DNA from: an uncultured Eubacteriales bacterium
GTDB taxonomy: Bacteria > Bacillota > Clostridia > Oscillospirales > Oscillospiraceae
Assembly (NCBI GenBank): GCA_900320595.1
Contig: ONSW01000001.1
Coordinates: forward strand, 28,560-92,559
DNA: 64,000 nucleotides
Reading direction: 5' to 3'
The position numbers were made by a program, and so were the translations under genes. Below are positions 9,052 to 18,193 of the stretch, in pieces. Each line of letters begins with the position of its first letter. Positions within the stretch are counted from its first letter, which is position 1. The notes under the pieces were generated by a model. It saw only the letters and a program-made list of their open reading frames with translations, was not told the origin of the DNA and did no database searches.

Positions 9052-9897
9052 TCAAAGTGAGATCATCGTGCGCGTCTCGTGTCGGTCATGTGAGAGAAGG
9101 ACTCCCTCACAGCCGCGCTCTAACGCAAGAGAAGAGAGGTAGGCAAGCGCCTTTTTGCCGAGCTGCCTGTCAAAATAAAAGCCGGGCGGCGTCTGTGTTT
9201 CCAGATTTTCACGGCAGAGCGCGGCGTCAGAGGCGAGCAGGACAAACCGACCGCCGTTTCGGAGCATCACCGCGCACAATCCGTCCGTGTGGCCTGGGAG
9301 ATTGATCAGCATAACGCTCTCATCGCCAAAGAGATCATACGCCCAGCGGTTGGTGCCGAGAGGGGAGCCATGATACCAAAAGCGCTCGAGCGGCATGTCC
9401 ATCCACAGCGAGCGTGGCTGGCGCAGCTTATAAACGGTACGGCAAGACCAGAAGTATTCATCTTCGGGCAAAAGGAAACGCTTTGCCCCGTGCAGCTCAT
9501 GCAATCCGCCGACATGGTCGGCATCAAGGTGTGTCAGCAGCACAAGGTCGAGATCCGTCGGTTTTATGCCGCGCGAGGAGAGCTGCTCGGAAATGCTCTC
9601 GCCGGGGGCGACCGACGGATGGAGATAGGCTGTCAGCGGCTTTCCGATCAGCGCGGCGGAAGCTTTGGCGTCGAATACACCCGCGGAGGAAAAGGCACGG
9701 CCGACGCCGGTATCGACCAGAACAAGTCCCTTTGGATGCTCAATGAGATAGCAGTAGCAGGGGAGCTCGATCCGCTCGGAGCGAGGTGCAGCAGCTTGAC
9801 GAAGCGTGGATGCAAGCCCTTCTCTGCCGCCGAAAAGGGCCTCACGCGAAAGCGCGATCGACCCGCAGCGTAATAGATGGATCCGGATCTCCGGCAT
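9052..9897 (-). CDS. MBL-fold metallo-hydrolase (lactonase/glyoxalase II-like)
   Basis: Metal motif region LLTHLDADHVGG (H-x-D-x-D-H variant) and a later PGHTDG. Confidence 0.75.
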   Translation of the reverse strand: MPEIRIHLLRCGSIALSREALFGGREGLASTLRQAAAPRSERIELPCYCYLIEHPKGLVLVDTGVGRAFSSAGVFDAKASAALIGKPLTAYLHPSVAPGESISEQLSSRGIKPTDLDLVLLTHLDADHVGGLHELHGAKRFLLPEDEYFWSCRTVYKLRQPRSLWMDMPLERFWYHGSPLGTNRWAYDLFGDESVMLINLPGHTDGLCAVMLRNGGRFVLLASDAALCRENLETQTPPGFYFDRQLGKKALAYLSSLALERGCEGVLLSHDRHETRTMISL

Positions 9898-10106
9898 ACG
9901 TCCACTCCCTTCGTGTTGTCCCTTCAGACGCTATTGTATTCCCGGCAAAAAGGCCTGTCAAGGTTATGTCGGCTGCAGCCAAAGTGAAATAAAAAATTAT
10001 GTAAACTAATTTGAATCAATACGAAGCGGTTTTTCGAGGAAACCTTGCCTGAAAGCAGCTGATGTGCTATGATACGGTCAAAGATTCAAGCAAGGAGGAC
10101 AGAGCC

Positions 10107-10523
10107 ATGCCGAAAAACACCGGAAATATGACCGATCATGAACTGCTGGAAGAACTGGTCCTGCAGGGGCGGCGAGCCGAGAGAATGAGCAGGATCAAAA
10201 TCTGCCTTGTTGTGGTGCTGCTGCTTCTCGTTGCCATCCTGGCGCTTGTCTATATCCCCAAGATCATGGCGCCGATCCGACAGCTGAACGAGAGCATGAA
10301 CGAGATCCGCGGCGCCATGGAAAAAGCACAGACGATCCTCAATGAGTTTGACGGGGAAACGATCGACAAATTCAAGCAGACGATGGAGAGCCTCAGCGAG
10401 ACCTCGCAGCAGACAAGAGCTTTGATGCAGAAGCTGAAGGACAGCGGGCTGGACACCTTTGCCTCGAACATCGAGAGTCTAAACGAGGCTCTCGACGGAT
10501 TGCTGAAGTATTTCCGCCGATAA
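10107..10523 (+). CDS. hypothetical single-TM coiled-coil protein
   Basis: Start trimmed to MPKNTGNM (ATG 10107), preceded by AAGGAGG. One TM helix (ICLVVVLLLLVAILALVYI) followed by helical repeats. Confidence 0.6.
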   Translation: MPKNTGNMTDHELLEELVLQGRRAERMSRIKICLVVVLLLLVAILALVYIPKIMAPIRQLNESMNEIRGAMEKAQTILNEFDGETIDKFKQTMESLSETSQQTRALMQKLKDSGLDTFASNIESLNEALDGLLKYFRR

Positions 10524-10533
10524 ATAGAAGACA

Positions 10534-10581
10534 GAATACGCCGTCGACTGAACTGATGTTCGGTCGGCGGCGTATTCTTTT
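10534..10581 (+). terminator. intrinsic terminator
   Basis: 15-bp stem GAATACGCCGTCGAC / GTCGGCGGCGTATTC followed by TTTT. Confidence 0.7.
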
Positions 10582-10606
10582 GCTTGCCGCAACGTTATCG
10601 CCCCGA

Positions 10607-11773
10607 TCAGGACTCGTTTTTCTTCGCACTGTCTGTCAAAGTAAGAAAGGTTTGCGAAAAGCCGTATGTCGCAGCCAGTTCACGACAGCGCGAACGATTC
10701 TTCTCACGCGGCGCACGGCGGCGTTCGGCGCGGATCATCAGGTTTTTCGGGGAATGCTCAAAGTCGACAAACTCGATGAGGTCGACAGAATAGCCCTGAT
10801 CCTCCAGCACGTCGGCGCGGATCGCATCGGTCAGCAGCGCGGAGAGCCGCTCCTTGAGGATGCCGTGCTTGAGCAGAATGTCGAGATCGCCGCCCTTGCG
10901 GATGGAGGAATTGATCTCGTGCTGGCAGCAGGGGACGGAAAAGATGTACTTCGCGCCGTGCCGTACGGCATAGTCGAGAGCATAGTCCGTCGCGGTGTCG
11001 CAGGCGTGCAGCGTGACAAGAAGATCGATCCTGCGGTCGGCCAGCTTGTCCCGGGATACGTCGGCAACTTCAAAGCGCAGACCTGTATATCCGTACTTGG
11101 CCGCGATGGCGTTGCAGCGCTCGACAACGTCGGATTTGAGGTCATAGCCGATCATGTCCACGTCAAAGCCGCGCTTGACGGCAAAATAGTAATAGAGGAT
11201 AAAGGTCAGATAGGATTTGCCGCAGCCAAAGTCCATCACCGTCAGCGCTCCCGGCTCGACAGAGGAAAAGGTATCGTCGATCAGCTCGATAAAACGGTTG
11301 ATCTGGCGGTATTTGTCATATTTGGCCTTGACGATGCGCAAGTCAGGCGTGAAGACGCCCAGGTCCACGAGCGCGGGGATGTTTTCCCCCTCGGAGAGAA
11401 GATAGCGTTTTTCGCGGTCGTGCGAGAGCGCGGCTGCTCCGCCGGGGCGGGGGACGGAGGATCTCCCGCTCTTCTTATACGTTCCGTCACGCCGCAGGAC
11501 ATACTGAGCCGAGCCGTCCCTGCGGACAAGCAGGATCTGGCGATAGCGGCCGTCGAGCGTCTCGGTGGCAAAGCGGAGGAAGGCATCCTCGTCAAAATTG
11601 AAATGATAGGCCTTGTTGTCACGGAGCCCCTCGGCCTGATAGGCCGCGCCCTGCCCGATTTGAACGGGGCGGACGGTGACGCGGGCGTACTCCGCGCCAT
11701 CGGTCGGTTGGGAAAAGACCGCTTTGACAAGCTGAGGCAGCGCGGAGACAAGCTCGGTTTGCAGTACAGGCAT
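10607..11773 (-). CDS. class I SAM-dependent methyltransferase
   Basis: SAM-binding motif VMDFGCGKSYLT and a conserved LHACDTATD region. 388 aa. Confidence 0.75.
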   Translation of the reverse strand: MPVLQTELVSALPQLVKAVFSQPTDGAEYARVTVRPVQIGQGAAYQAEGLRDNKAYHFNFDEDAFLRFATETLDGRYRQILLVRRDGSAQYVLRRDGTYKKSGRSSVPRPGGAAALSHDREKRYLLSEGENIPALVDLGVFTPDLRIVKAKYDKYRQINRFIELIDDTFSSVEPGALTVMDFGCGKSYLTFILYYYFAVKRGFDVDMIGYDLKSDVVERCNAIAAKYGYTGLRFEVADVSRDKLADRRIDLLVTLHACDTATDYALDYAVRHGAKYIFSVPCCQHEINSSIRKGGDLDILLKHGILKERLSALLTDAIRADVLEDQGYSVDLIEFVDFEHSPKNLMIRAERRRAPREKNRSRCRELAATYGFSQTFLTLTDSAKKNES

Positions 11774-11787
11774 GGCAAAGTCTCCCG

Positions 11788-12660
11788 TCAGAAAAGTTTT
11801 TTCAGATTCAGCAGCGCGGCTTTCAGCTCGTTCTTGCTATAGGAATTGTTCTCGTCGGCAAGAACCGCGGCGACGGCGTCCTTGCCGCTGACGCCTCTGG
11901 CTACCATCGCGTCGACGAGCATCGCCTCGGCCGAGACGGTATGCTCGGTCTTGGTGAAGAGATAGCTCTCTTCGATCTCGATCACAACGGCATACTCGCC
12001 CTTTTCGTAATTTCCCTTGGCGAGCAGCTTATCCTTCACCTCCACGGGCGTGCCGCGAAAGCTCATTTCATGCAGCTTGGTCAGGTCGTTGCACAGGCAC
12101 ATCCGTACGCCGGCCCCACTGTCGACAAAGAAATCGACCAGCTCCATAATGCGCTTGGGGCTTTCATAAAAGACAAAGGTACGCGTGTCCCCGCGGCGCA
12201 GCTTTTCAAGCAGCTTTCGTCTCTCGGCGTTTTCACGCGGGAAAAAGCCATAGAAAAGAAAGCTTGAAAGATCGAAGCCGGACACGGACAGCGCCGTGAC
12301 GGCGGCGCAGCAGCCCGGTACGCCGATCACGTCGATCCCCGCTTCGACCGCAGCGCGGATCAGCTCGTTGCCGGGGTCGGAGATGCAGGGCGTGCCGGCG
12401 TCGGTGATGACGGCGATGCTTTTGCCCGCCAGCATCTCGTCGACAAAATAGCGCGCTTTGCCGTATTCGTTGAATTTGTGGTTGGAGACGAGCTTGTTGC
12501 GGATCTCGAGCTTGCCGAGCAGCACCATCGAGCGGCGCGTATCCTCGGCCGCAATGATGTCGACCGAGCTTAAAATATCCCGGCCGCGGGGGGACATGTC
12601 GCGCGAATTGCCGATCGGCGTTGCGACGATATAAAGTTTTCCGTTTTTTTTCTCATCCAT
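11788..12660 (-). CDS. rsmI: 16S rRNA (cytidine1402-2'-O)-methyltransferase
   Basis: GKLYIVATPIGNSRDMSPRG...IAAEDTRRS is the tetrapyrrole-methylase-fold RsmI signature. I prefer ATG 12660; the track start at 12669 is a TTG. Confidence 0.85.
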   Translation of the reverse strand: MDEKKNGKLYIVATPIGNSRDMSPRGRDILSSVDIIAAEDTRRSMVLLGKLEIRNKLVSNHKFNEYGKARYFVDEMLAGKSIAVITDAGTPCISDPGNELIRAAVEAGIDVIGVPGCCAAVTALSVSGFDLSSFLFYGFFPRENAERRKLLEKLRRGDTRTFVFYESPKRIMELVDFFVDSGAGVRMCLCNDLTKLHEMSFRGTPVEVKDKLLAKGNYEKGEYAVVIEIEESYLFTKTEHTVSAEAMLVDAMVARGVSGKDAVAAVLADENNSYSKNELKAALLNLKKLF

Positions 12661-12670
12661 GGCGATCAAC

Positions 12671-13030
12671 CTAAAAATCCTCGGTGTATTTTTTCCGAAT
12701 GCGCGGTGCGGTCAGGTCATAGCTGTCTGCGATCAGGCGGCGGATCACGTCGTCGTCCACGCTGCCGTCGAGAATGATCCCGCTCCAATGCAGCTTGTTC
12801 ATGTGATAGGCCGGAACGATCGAGGCGAATTCTCTGCGCCAGAAATCGCCCCAGGCGGGGTCGTTTTTGACGTTGATCCAGATATGCCCGTCATACTCGA
12901 AAATGAGGGCGAAAATCTTTTTGTTCGAGCCGTGGCGCATACAGGTATAGTTCGTATCGTCAAATGGATAGTCCACGTAAGCGTCCGGCATTTCCAGACA
13001 GGCGTCGATGGCCTGCTGCCGTGTTTCCAT
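12671..13030 (-). CDS. MmcQ/YjbR family DNA-binding protein
   Basis: Start trimmed to METRQQAIDACLEMPDAYVDYPF (ATG 13030, GAGAGGAA RBS). The YjbR-like pattern is present. Confidence 0.8.
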   Translation of the reverse strand: METRQQAIDACLEMPDAYVDYPFDDTNYTCMRHGSNKKIFALIFEYDGHIWINVKNDPAWGDFWRREFASIVPAYHMNKLHWSGIILDGSVDDDVIRRLIADSYDLTAPRIRKKYTEDF

Positions 13031-13112
13031 ATTCAGTTCCTCTCTTGCTCTTTTTTCCCAGTATACCACGCCGCCGGGAGATTGTCATCAACAAGTCGTT
13101 CTGGTTTAGGCG

Positions 13113-13147
13113 TGAAAAGAAGCTGCGTGTCAGAAAAGACACGCAGC
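13113..13147 (-). terminator. intrinsic terminator after the MarR gene
   Basis: 10-bp stem GCTGCGTGTC / GACACGCAGC (13122-13131 / 13138-13147), followed on the minus strand by TTCTTTTC. Confidence 0.6.
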
Positions 13148-13173
13148 CTTGTTTTATGGCTGGATCGAGCCGT

Positions 13174-13668
13174 TCAGTCCTGCTTTTGCGCTTCAGCTTC
13201 TTCCAGATAAGAGCTGCCGCGCATGGCAGCGTAGAGCGCGTCGTGGATCGCCGGATAGGCGGAGGGGTCAAGCCGGTCGAGCTCGGCGAACATGGGGGAG
13301 AAGTGCCAGCGAAGGATATCCCGGGCGTAGGCGTCATACAGCTCGCGCCCAAGGGCGTTGACCGTGATCTTCAGCGCTTTTCTGCTGCCGGGGAGATAAT
13401 CTTTTTCCAGCAAGCCTTTTGCGACAAGGCGGTTGACGATCTTGGTAAAATTGCTGCGCGTGATGCCGAGACGCGCGGCGATCGCGGACATGTTCTCGTT
13501 GCGCTCTTCGTTCTCCAACAGGTACTCCAGCACCTGGATCTGAGAATAGGAATAGCGCACGCCCTTGTATTCCATTTTTTCGATCTTGTACGCTGCGGCG
13601 TAGATATTGCAATAGTGGATCAGCGCGTCGACAACGTCGCGGTACTGACCCATCCAGGAAAGCTTCAT
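13174..13668 (-). CDS. MarR family transcriptional regulator
   Basis: Start trimmed to MKLSWMGQY (ATG 13668, GGGAGG RBS). Winged-HTH region MSAIAARLGITRSNFTKIVNRLVAKGLLEK. Confidence 0.8.
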   Translation of the reverse strand: MKLSWMGQYRDVVDALIHYCNIYAAAYKIEKMEYKGVRYSYSQIQVLEYLLENEERNENMSAIAARLGITRSNFTKIVNRLVAKGLLEKDYLPGSRKALKITVNALGRELYDAYARDILRWHFSPMFAELDRLDPSAYPAIHDALYAAMRGSSYLEEAEAQKQD

Positions 13669-13737
13669 GGGGAGACCTCCCTTCAACTAAAGGATATTTT
13701 ATCAGAAAAAATGGAAAGGAGCAACAAAAAAATAAAT

Positions 13738-13800
13738 CCAATTGCTCTTGCAATTTGGCGAATATGGAGATATAATGCTGATATAGTTTCCAAAGGAAAC
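13738..13800 (+). promoter_or_regulatory. promoter of the hydrolase-membrane gene with overlapping operator-like palindromes
   Basis: TTGCAA (13748-13753), 17-nt spacer, TATAAT (13771-13776). Inverted repeat CCAATTGC-tctt-GCAATTtGG (13738-13758) covers the -35. A perfect GTTTCC-aaa-GGAAAC palindrome lies at 13786-13800. Confidence 0.5.
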
Positions 13801-13850
13801 AAAAACGGATGCCCATCCACGATGGGGAAAGAAGAGAAAGGAAGAGTGAA

Positions 13851-15887
13851 ATGAACATCAGCAAAAAAACCAAAACGCTGCTTTGCGTTGCACTTGTGCT
13901 GATCCTGCTCGGCAGCGCGCTTGCCGGCCTGTTCAACACGGGTGTGGGCGCGACAAAGGTGACGCGCATTTCCTTCGACGGGGGACACGGCCGTCTCAGC
14001 GGTCTGCTCTATATGCCGAAGGACGCTTCGGCGGACAACCCCAAGCCCACGGTCATCGTGACCCACGGCTATCTCAACTCCGCCGAGATGCAGGATGCCA
14101 ATGCGATCGAGCTTTCGCGCCGCGGCTTTGTCGTCCTGGCGCTTGACCAGTATGACCACGGCCATTCCGCGCTCGACCACAGCGTCTATTCCGACACCAG
14201 CTTCTTCGGCATCTGGCTGCCGTTCTGGGCCAACTCCATGAACGACGCCGTGCAGTATATGTACGATCAGCCTTATGTGCTCAAGGATGAGAACGGCAAC
14301 GGTCTGATCGGCGTGACCGGACACTCGATGGGCGGCTTCTCGAGCACGCTCGCGCTCGCCTTTGACGAGATGCAGGCGGCAGAGAGCGGCGTACGCAAGG
14401 TCTCCTGCGGCCTGTCCGAAGGCTCTGACTTTATGTACACGGCCTTTGTCGGCGTCGACGCCGCGACGGCCGACGCGCTCGGCGGCGGCCGCACGATGGG
14501 CAAGGTCTGCGCCCAGTATGACGAGTTCTTCTTCAACGATCCCACCGTCGAGGGAGGCACGGTCCGTCACAAGGACTATGTCTCCACGCCCGACGGCATG
14601 ACCTTCCTGCAGCAGAGTGCCCCGGCGCAGGCCAACACCTGGTATGACACCGCGGACGGCGGCCGCCGCATCATTTACGAACCAGTCCAGACCCACCCGT
14701 GGAACCACTTCTCGGCCACCACGACGGCCTATGCGATCTCCTTCTATCAGACTGCCTTTGCCGATTACGCCTCGATGCTGAAGAACATTGCGCCCACGAG
14801 CCAGGTCTGGCAGTGGAAGGAAGGATTTGAGTGCGTCGCGCTCGTCGGCTTCATCATGCTGATCGTCGTTCTGGCGGGCATCCTGATCGAACTGCCGTTC
14901 TTCAAGCTGGCCAAGACCGGAGAACTGGCCGTGGCGAAAGCCCCGCAGGGCGGCAAGCGCTTCGCGACCTGGCTGATCCTCATCGTCGCGATCCTGCTGC
15001 CGGCGATCTTCTTTACTCCGCTCATGGACGGCGGTGCGGGCAGCCCCGGCGTCATGGTGCTGTTCTATGCCGGCATCGTCGCGGCTGTCGGCGGTCTTGC
15101 CGCCCTCTGCCTTGCCATTGCGAAGAAGCAGGGGAAAGGCGCGGTCGTCGGCGGCATTTGCCTCACGATCAGCGGTGCGCTGCTTTCCCTTATCGCGAAG
15201 CTCCCGATGTATCAGAACTATGCCGTCTGGACCGCTCCCGGCGTCAACAGCATCGCCTACTGGACGATCGGCTGCGCGCTGATGAGTCTTACGATCCTTT
15301 CGGCCGTCTACGTCTGCATGAAGCGCTCCGACGGCGCGGTCTTTGCCGATTACGGCGTCAGCTTCAAGCCGATGGCCATCATTGCCGGCCTGTGCACGGC
15401 GCTTGTCACCATCGTCGTCGCCTATGCGGTGCTGTGGCTGATGGATGCGCTGTTCAAGGCGGACTTCCGTATCTGGACCTTTGCGTTCAAGACCTTTGAC
15501 GTCTCGATCATCCCGGTGATCCTGCGCTACCTGCCGACTTTCCTGCTGTTCTACATCATCTCCACGGCCGGCATCACCGTGAATACCAACACCGAGCGCC
15601 TCCAGGGCGGCAAGGGCTATCTGCTTGCCATCCTGCTCAACGCGGGCGGCCCGATCCTTTGGCTTGCGGTGCAGTACATCACGCTCTTCTCCAAGGGCGT
15701 CGCGGCCCAGCCCGGCTCGGCGCTCTCCGGCATCGTGCTCGTGGCCATGGTACCCACGCTGTCCATCGCGGCGATCATCTCGCGCAACCTCTATAAGAAG
15801 ACCGGCAACATCTGGACGCCCGCCTTCCTTAACGCGATTTTGATGACCACGATGACGATTGCGAATACGATGGTCGCGTTCAAGTAA
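13851..15887 (+). CDS. alpha/beta hydrolase fused to a C-terminal polytopic membrane domain
   Basis: Start trimmed to MNISKKTKTLL (ATG 13851, GAAAGGAAGAG RBS). Signal-anchor helix, then a serine-hydrolase domain with nucleophile elbow GHSMGG. The last ~330 aa hold many hydrophobic helices. Confidence 0.8.
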   Translation: MNISKKTKTLLCVALVLILLGSALAGLFNTGVGATKVTRISFDGGHGRLSGLLYMPKDASADNPKPTVIVTHGYLNSAEMQDANAIELSRRGFVVLALDQYDHGHSALDHSVYSDTSFFGIWLPFWANSMNDAVQYMYDQPYVLKDENGNGLIGVTGHSMGGFSSTLALAFDEMQAAESGVRKVSCGLSEGSDFMYTAFVGVDAATADALGGGRTMGKVCAQYDEFFFNDPTVEGGTVRHKDYVSTPDGMTFLQQSAPAQANTWYDTADGGRRIIYEPVQTHPWNHFSATTTAYAISFYQTAFADYASMLKNIAPTSQVWQWKEGFECVALVGFIMLIVVLAGILIELPFFKLAKTGELAVAKAPQGGKRFATWLILIVAILLPAIFFTPLMDGGAGSPGVMVLFYAGIVAAVGGLAALCLAIAKKQGKGAVVGGICLTISGALLSLIAKLPMYQNYAVWTAPGVNSIAYWTIGCALMSLTILSAVYVCMKRSDGAVFADYGVSFKPMAIIAGLCTALVTIVVAYAVLWLMDALFKADFRIWTFAFKTFDVSIIPVILRYLPTFLLFYIISTAGITVNTNTERLQGGKGYLLAILLNAGGPILWLAVQYITLFSKGVAAQPGSALSGIVLVAMVPTLSIAAIISRNLYKKTGNIWTPAFLNAILMTTMTIANTMVAFK

Positions 15888-15900
15888 GCATAAACCAAAT

Positions 15901-15934
15901 AAAAAAGGTGAGATCCATCGGATCTCACCTTTTT
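15901..15934. terminator. bidirectional intrinsic terminator
   Basis: A6 - GGTGAGATCC atc GGATCTCACC - T5, lying between convergent genes. Confidence 0.8.
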
Positions 15935-15971
15935 ATTGCCTTGTTTTGAAAAAGCGGGAAGGAGAACGCAA

Positions 15972-17978
15972 TCAATCAGCGAGCTCTGCCCAATAGCCGG
16001 TATCGTGCCCACCGTGAACAACGATTCGGACGGTATCGCCAAAGCGGGCGCTGACTGTGACGGGATCCAGTGACGTGACAAGCTCGTCCGGATAGTCATT
16101 CTCAAAGTTTGGATCCACATATTCCGTCACAACGGAAAAGCGCAGCGTGATTTCCTTTGGCTCGTCCGGGTCCATAAACTGCCAGCGGGTGAAGCTGTCA
16201 TACAAAAGCTCGTCACGGCGGATCAGCGTACGATCGGCATTGGACTGCCCGCCCACGACCGAAAACCCGGGCGCCTCGGCTTCGCGCAGAAAGAGCCCGA
16301 TATCCTCCTGCAGGTCGAGCTGGATCTGCAGCGTGATCTTATCCTCATCCGCCTCAAAGCCGGGGACAAAGCCCGCGCGGCGCAGCGAGCGCTCAGCGAT
16401 GAGGGAAGAAAGCGTCCGGCTGAAGAACGGCGTTTTCTCGAGCCCTCTGTCATGCAGGGCAAGCACAAGCCGTTCATAGGAGCCGTCTTCAAAGTTGTAC
16501 CAATAGCAGTCTTCCACGTCGGGACGGACGCCGCCGTTCTCCTGACGGAGGAAAGACTCAAGCTTTACGAGCGCCGGGACTGCATCGTCGCCGAGGTCGC
16601 AGAGCATATCGACGTCGATCTCATCGCGCGTTCCGTCGAGATAGCGCGCAACATCATATCCTGCGATCCAGCGGTTTGGACCCGAGAGTGCAAAGAGAAG
16701 GAACAGAGCGACCGTCACAGCCAGCGAGACCGGAAGCGTTTTGAACGAAGGAACAAACCGGCCGACAATGATCAAAACGAACAGCACCGCGAGAAGACCC
16801 ATAAACCAGGCGGCATATACGCGATCCTGTGTCAGCCCGTAGCGCGCGATATACAGCCACAGCTTCGACGCGGCCGTGCCGAGCAGGATCAGCGTGAAGA
16901 GTGCGAGCACGATGCAAAGCGTACGGAGTAAGACGGGATTCTTCTGGTTTACATAACGATTTATGCAAAGCATGATCACAAAATTCATGCCCGCGACAGC
17001 GCAGAGCTGAAAAAAGCCCTCGCGCGCGTATTCGGCATAGCTCAGTCCCTGCGGTAGGACGCCGGAAAAGGCCGCGGTGTAATACGACCACTGGGAGAAA
17101 AAGAACACGCCATAGACCGTGAGCAGAGGCAGGACGGCTGCCGCCGCCGTGATAAAGGGAAGGATGCGGCGGCGTGCAGCGCGTGCGCGGCAGATCTCCG
17201 CAGTCATCTTTTCACGGCAGCTGCCCGAAACAGAAGAAACGTAAAGACCGAAGAGGTACATCGCGACCGGTATGCCGAAAACAAGCCGCAGCAGGTTTTC
17301 GATCAGCTTTTCGCTGTCAAAAGAAAACAGCCGTTCGATAAGGGCGGAAAAGCCGCTGTCATAGGAAAGGAGCGACAGGGCAAGAAAGGTGGGGATCACG
17401 GCGAGAAAAAGCCCCAGAAGCACCTTTAACGCTGTCTTCCCGGCGCCTTTTCCGTGTTTCGGCGAAAGGGCGGTAAAGAGTTTGGCAAACGAGGAAAACG
17501 GATAGACGAACCATGCGCGCAAAAGATCGGCGCCGACGAGCGGGCTGAGCCCTTCCTCAAGCGTGTTGCCGGTCGCGGCATAAACAAGATAGACAGCGGC
17601 CGCCATCAGATAGACAAAGCAGATTAACGAAAGAAAGCGGTTCGCCCACAGGAGCGCCGCCGCGGCCGCGAGCAGCGCGGAGAGCGCAACAAGCTTCTGC
17701 ACGGCGTCAAAGCGCACCTTCCCGCGCAGAACGACGCCAAACGTAAGAGTGGAAAGAGAGAGCAAATACACGGCCGCCCCGAGCTGCTTTTGAGACATGG
17801 GGAAGACACGCCAGAAGAAATAGCCCGCGGCAAGAAGCAGCCACGCAAAGGAGCGTTCTTTTCCCGAAAACGCGGGAGAAGGGGAAGACTCCGCGGCCGC
17901 GGAACCGTTTGCGGCCGCCGCGGGAAGCGGCTCCTTAACAGGCGTGAGGGCAGGGGAGAGGGAAGAGGTTTCTTCCAT
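15972..17978 (-). CDS. DUF4153-like polytopic membrane protein with a soluble C-terminal domain
   Basis: ATG 17978 overlaps the stop of the upstream HTH gene (TGATG). About 12 hydrophobic segments precede a ~200-aa hydrophilic tail. The family call is from memory of this gene context. Confidence 0.65.
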   Translation of the reverse strand: MEETSSLSPALTPVKEPLPAAAANGSAAAESSPSPAFSGKERSFAWLLLAAGYFFWRVFPMSQKQLGAAVYLLSLSTLTFGVVLRGKVRFDAVQKLVALSALLAAAAALLWANRFLSLICFVYLMAAAVYLVYAATGNTLEEGLSPLVGADLLRAWFVYPFSSFAKLFTALSPKHGKGAGKTALKVLLGLFLAVIPTFLALSLLSYDSGFSALIERLFSFDSEKLIENLLRLVFGIPVAMYLFGLYVSSVSGSCREKMTAEICRARAARRRILPFITAAAAVLPLLTVYGVFFFSQWSYYTAAFSGVLPQGLSYAEYAREGFFQLCAVAGMNFVIMLCINRYVNQKNPVLLRTLCIVLALFTLILLGTAASKLWLYIARYGLTQDRVYAAWFMGLLAVLFVLIIVGRFVPSFKTLPVSLAVTVALFLLFALSGPNRWIAGYDVARYLDGTRDEIDVDMLCDLGDDAVPALVKLESFLRQENGGVRPDVEDCYWYNFEDGSYERLVLALHDRGLEKTPFFSRTLSSLIAERSLRRAGFVPGFEADEDKITLQIQLDLQEDIGLFLREAEAPGFSVVGGQSNADRTLIRRDELLYDSFTRWQFMDPDEPKEITLRFSVVTEYVDPNFENDYPDELVTSLDPVTVSARFGDTVRIVVHGGHDTGYWAELAD

Positions 17979-18184
17979 CAAAGATCCTCCTTGTATTCAA
18001 GAATATCCTCCACTTTACACTCGAGCGCCCTGCAGATCGCGTCGAGCGTGGAGAAACGGATGGCTTTTGCCTTGTTGTTTTTCAGGATCGAGAGATTGGC
18101 CAGCGTGATGCCGACTTTTTCAGACAGCTCCCCGAGCGACATTTTACGCTTGGCCATCATGACGTCGAGATTGATCACGATCAT
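17978..18184 (-). CDS. XRE-family helix-turn-helix regulator (YozG-like, 68 aa)
   Basis: MIVINLDVMMAKRKMSLGELSEKVGITLANLSILKNNKAKAIRFSTLDAICRALECKVEDILEY is the canonical short YozG-type HTH. Confidence 0.85.
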   Translation of the reverse strand: MIVINLDVMMAKRKMSLGELSEKVGITLANLSILKNNKAKAIRFSTLDAICRALECKVEDILEYKEDL

Positions 18185-18193
18185 AAGCCCACC

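Noticed and set aside
10556-11842. 428-aa ORF on the + strand
   Set aside because: Antisense to the SAM methyltransferase gene. Shadow ORF.
13683-14708. 341-aa ORF on the - strand
   Set aside because: Antisense to the hydrolase-membrane gene, and it runs through the MarR/hydrolase promoter region. Shadow ORF.
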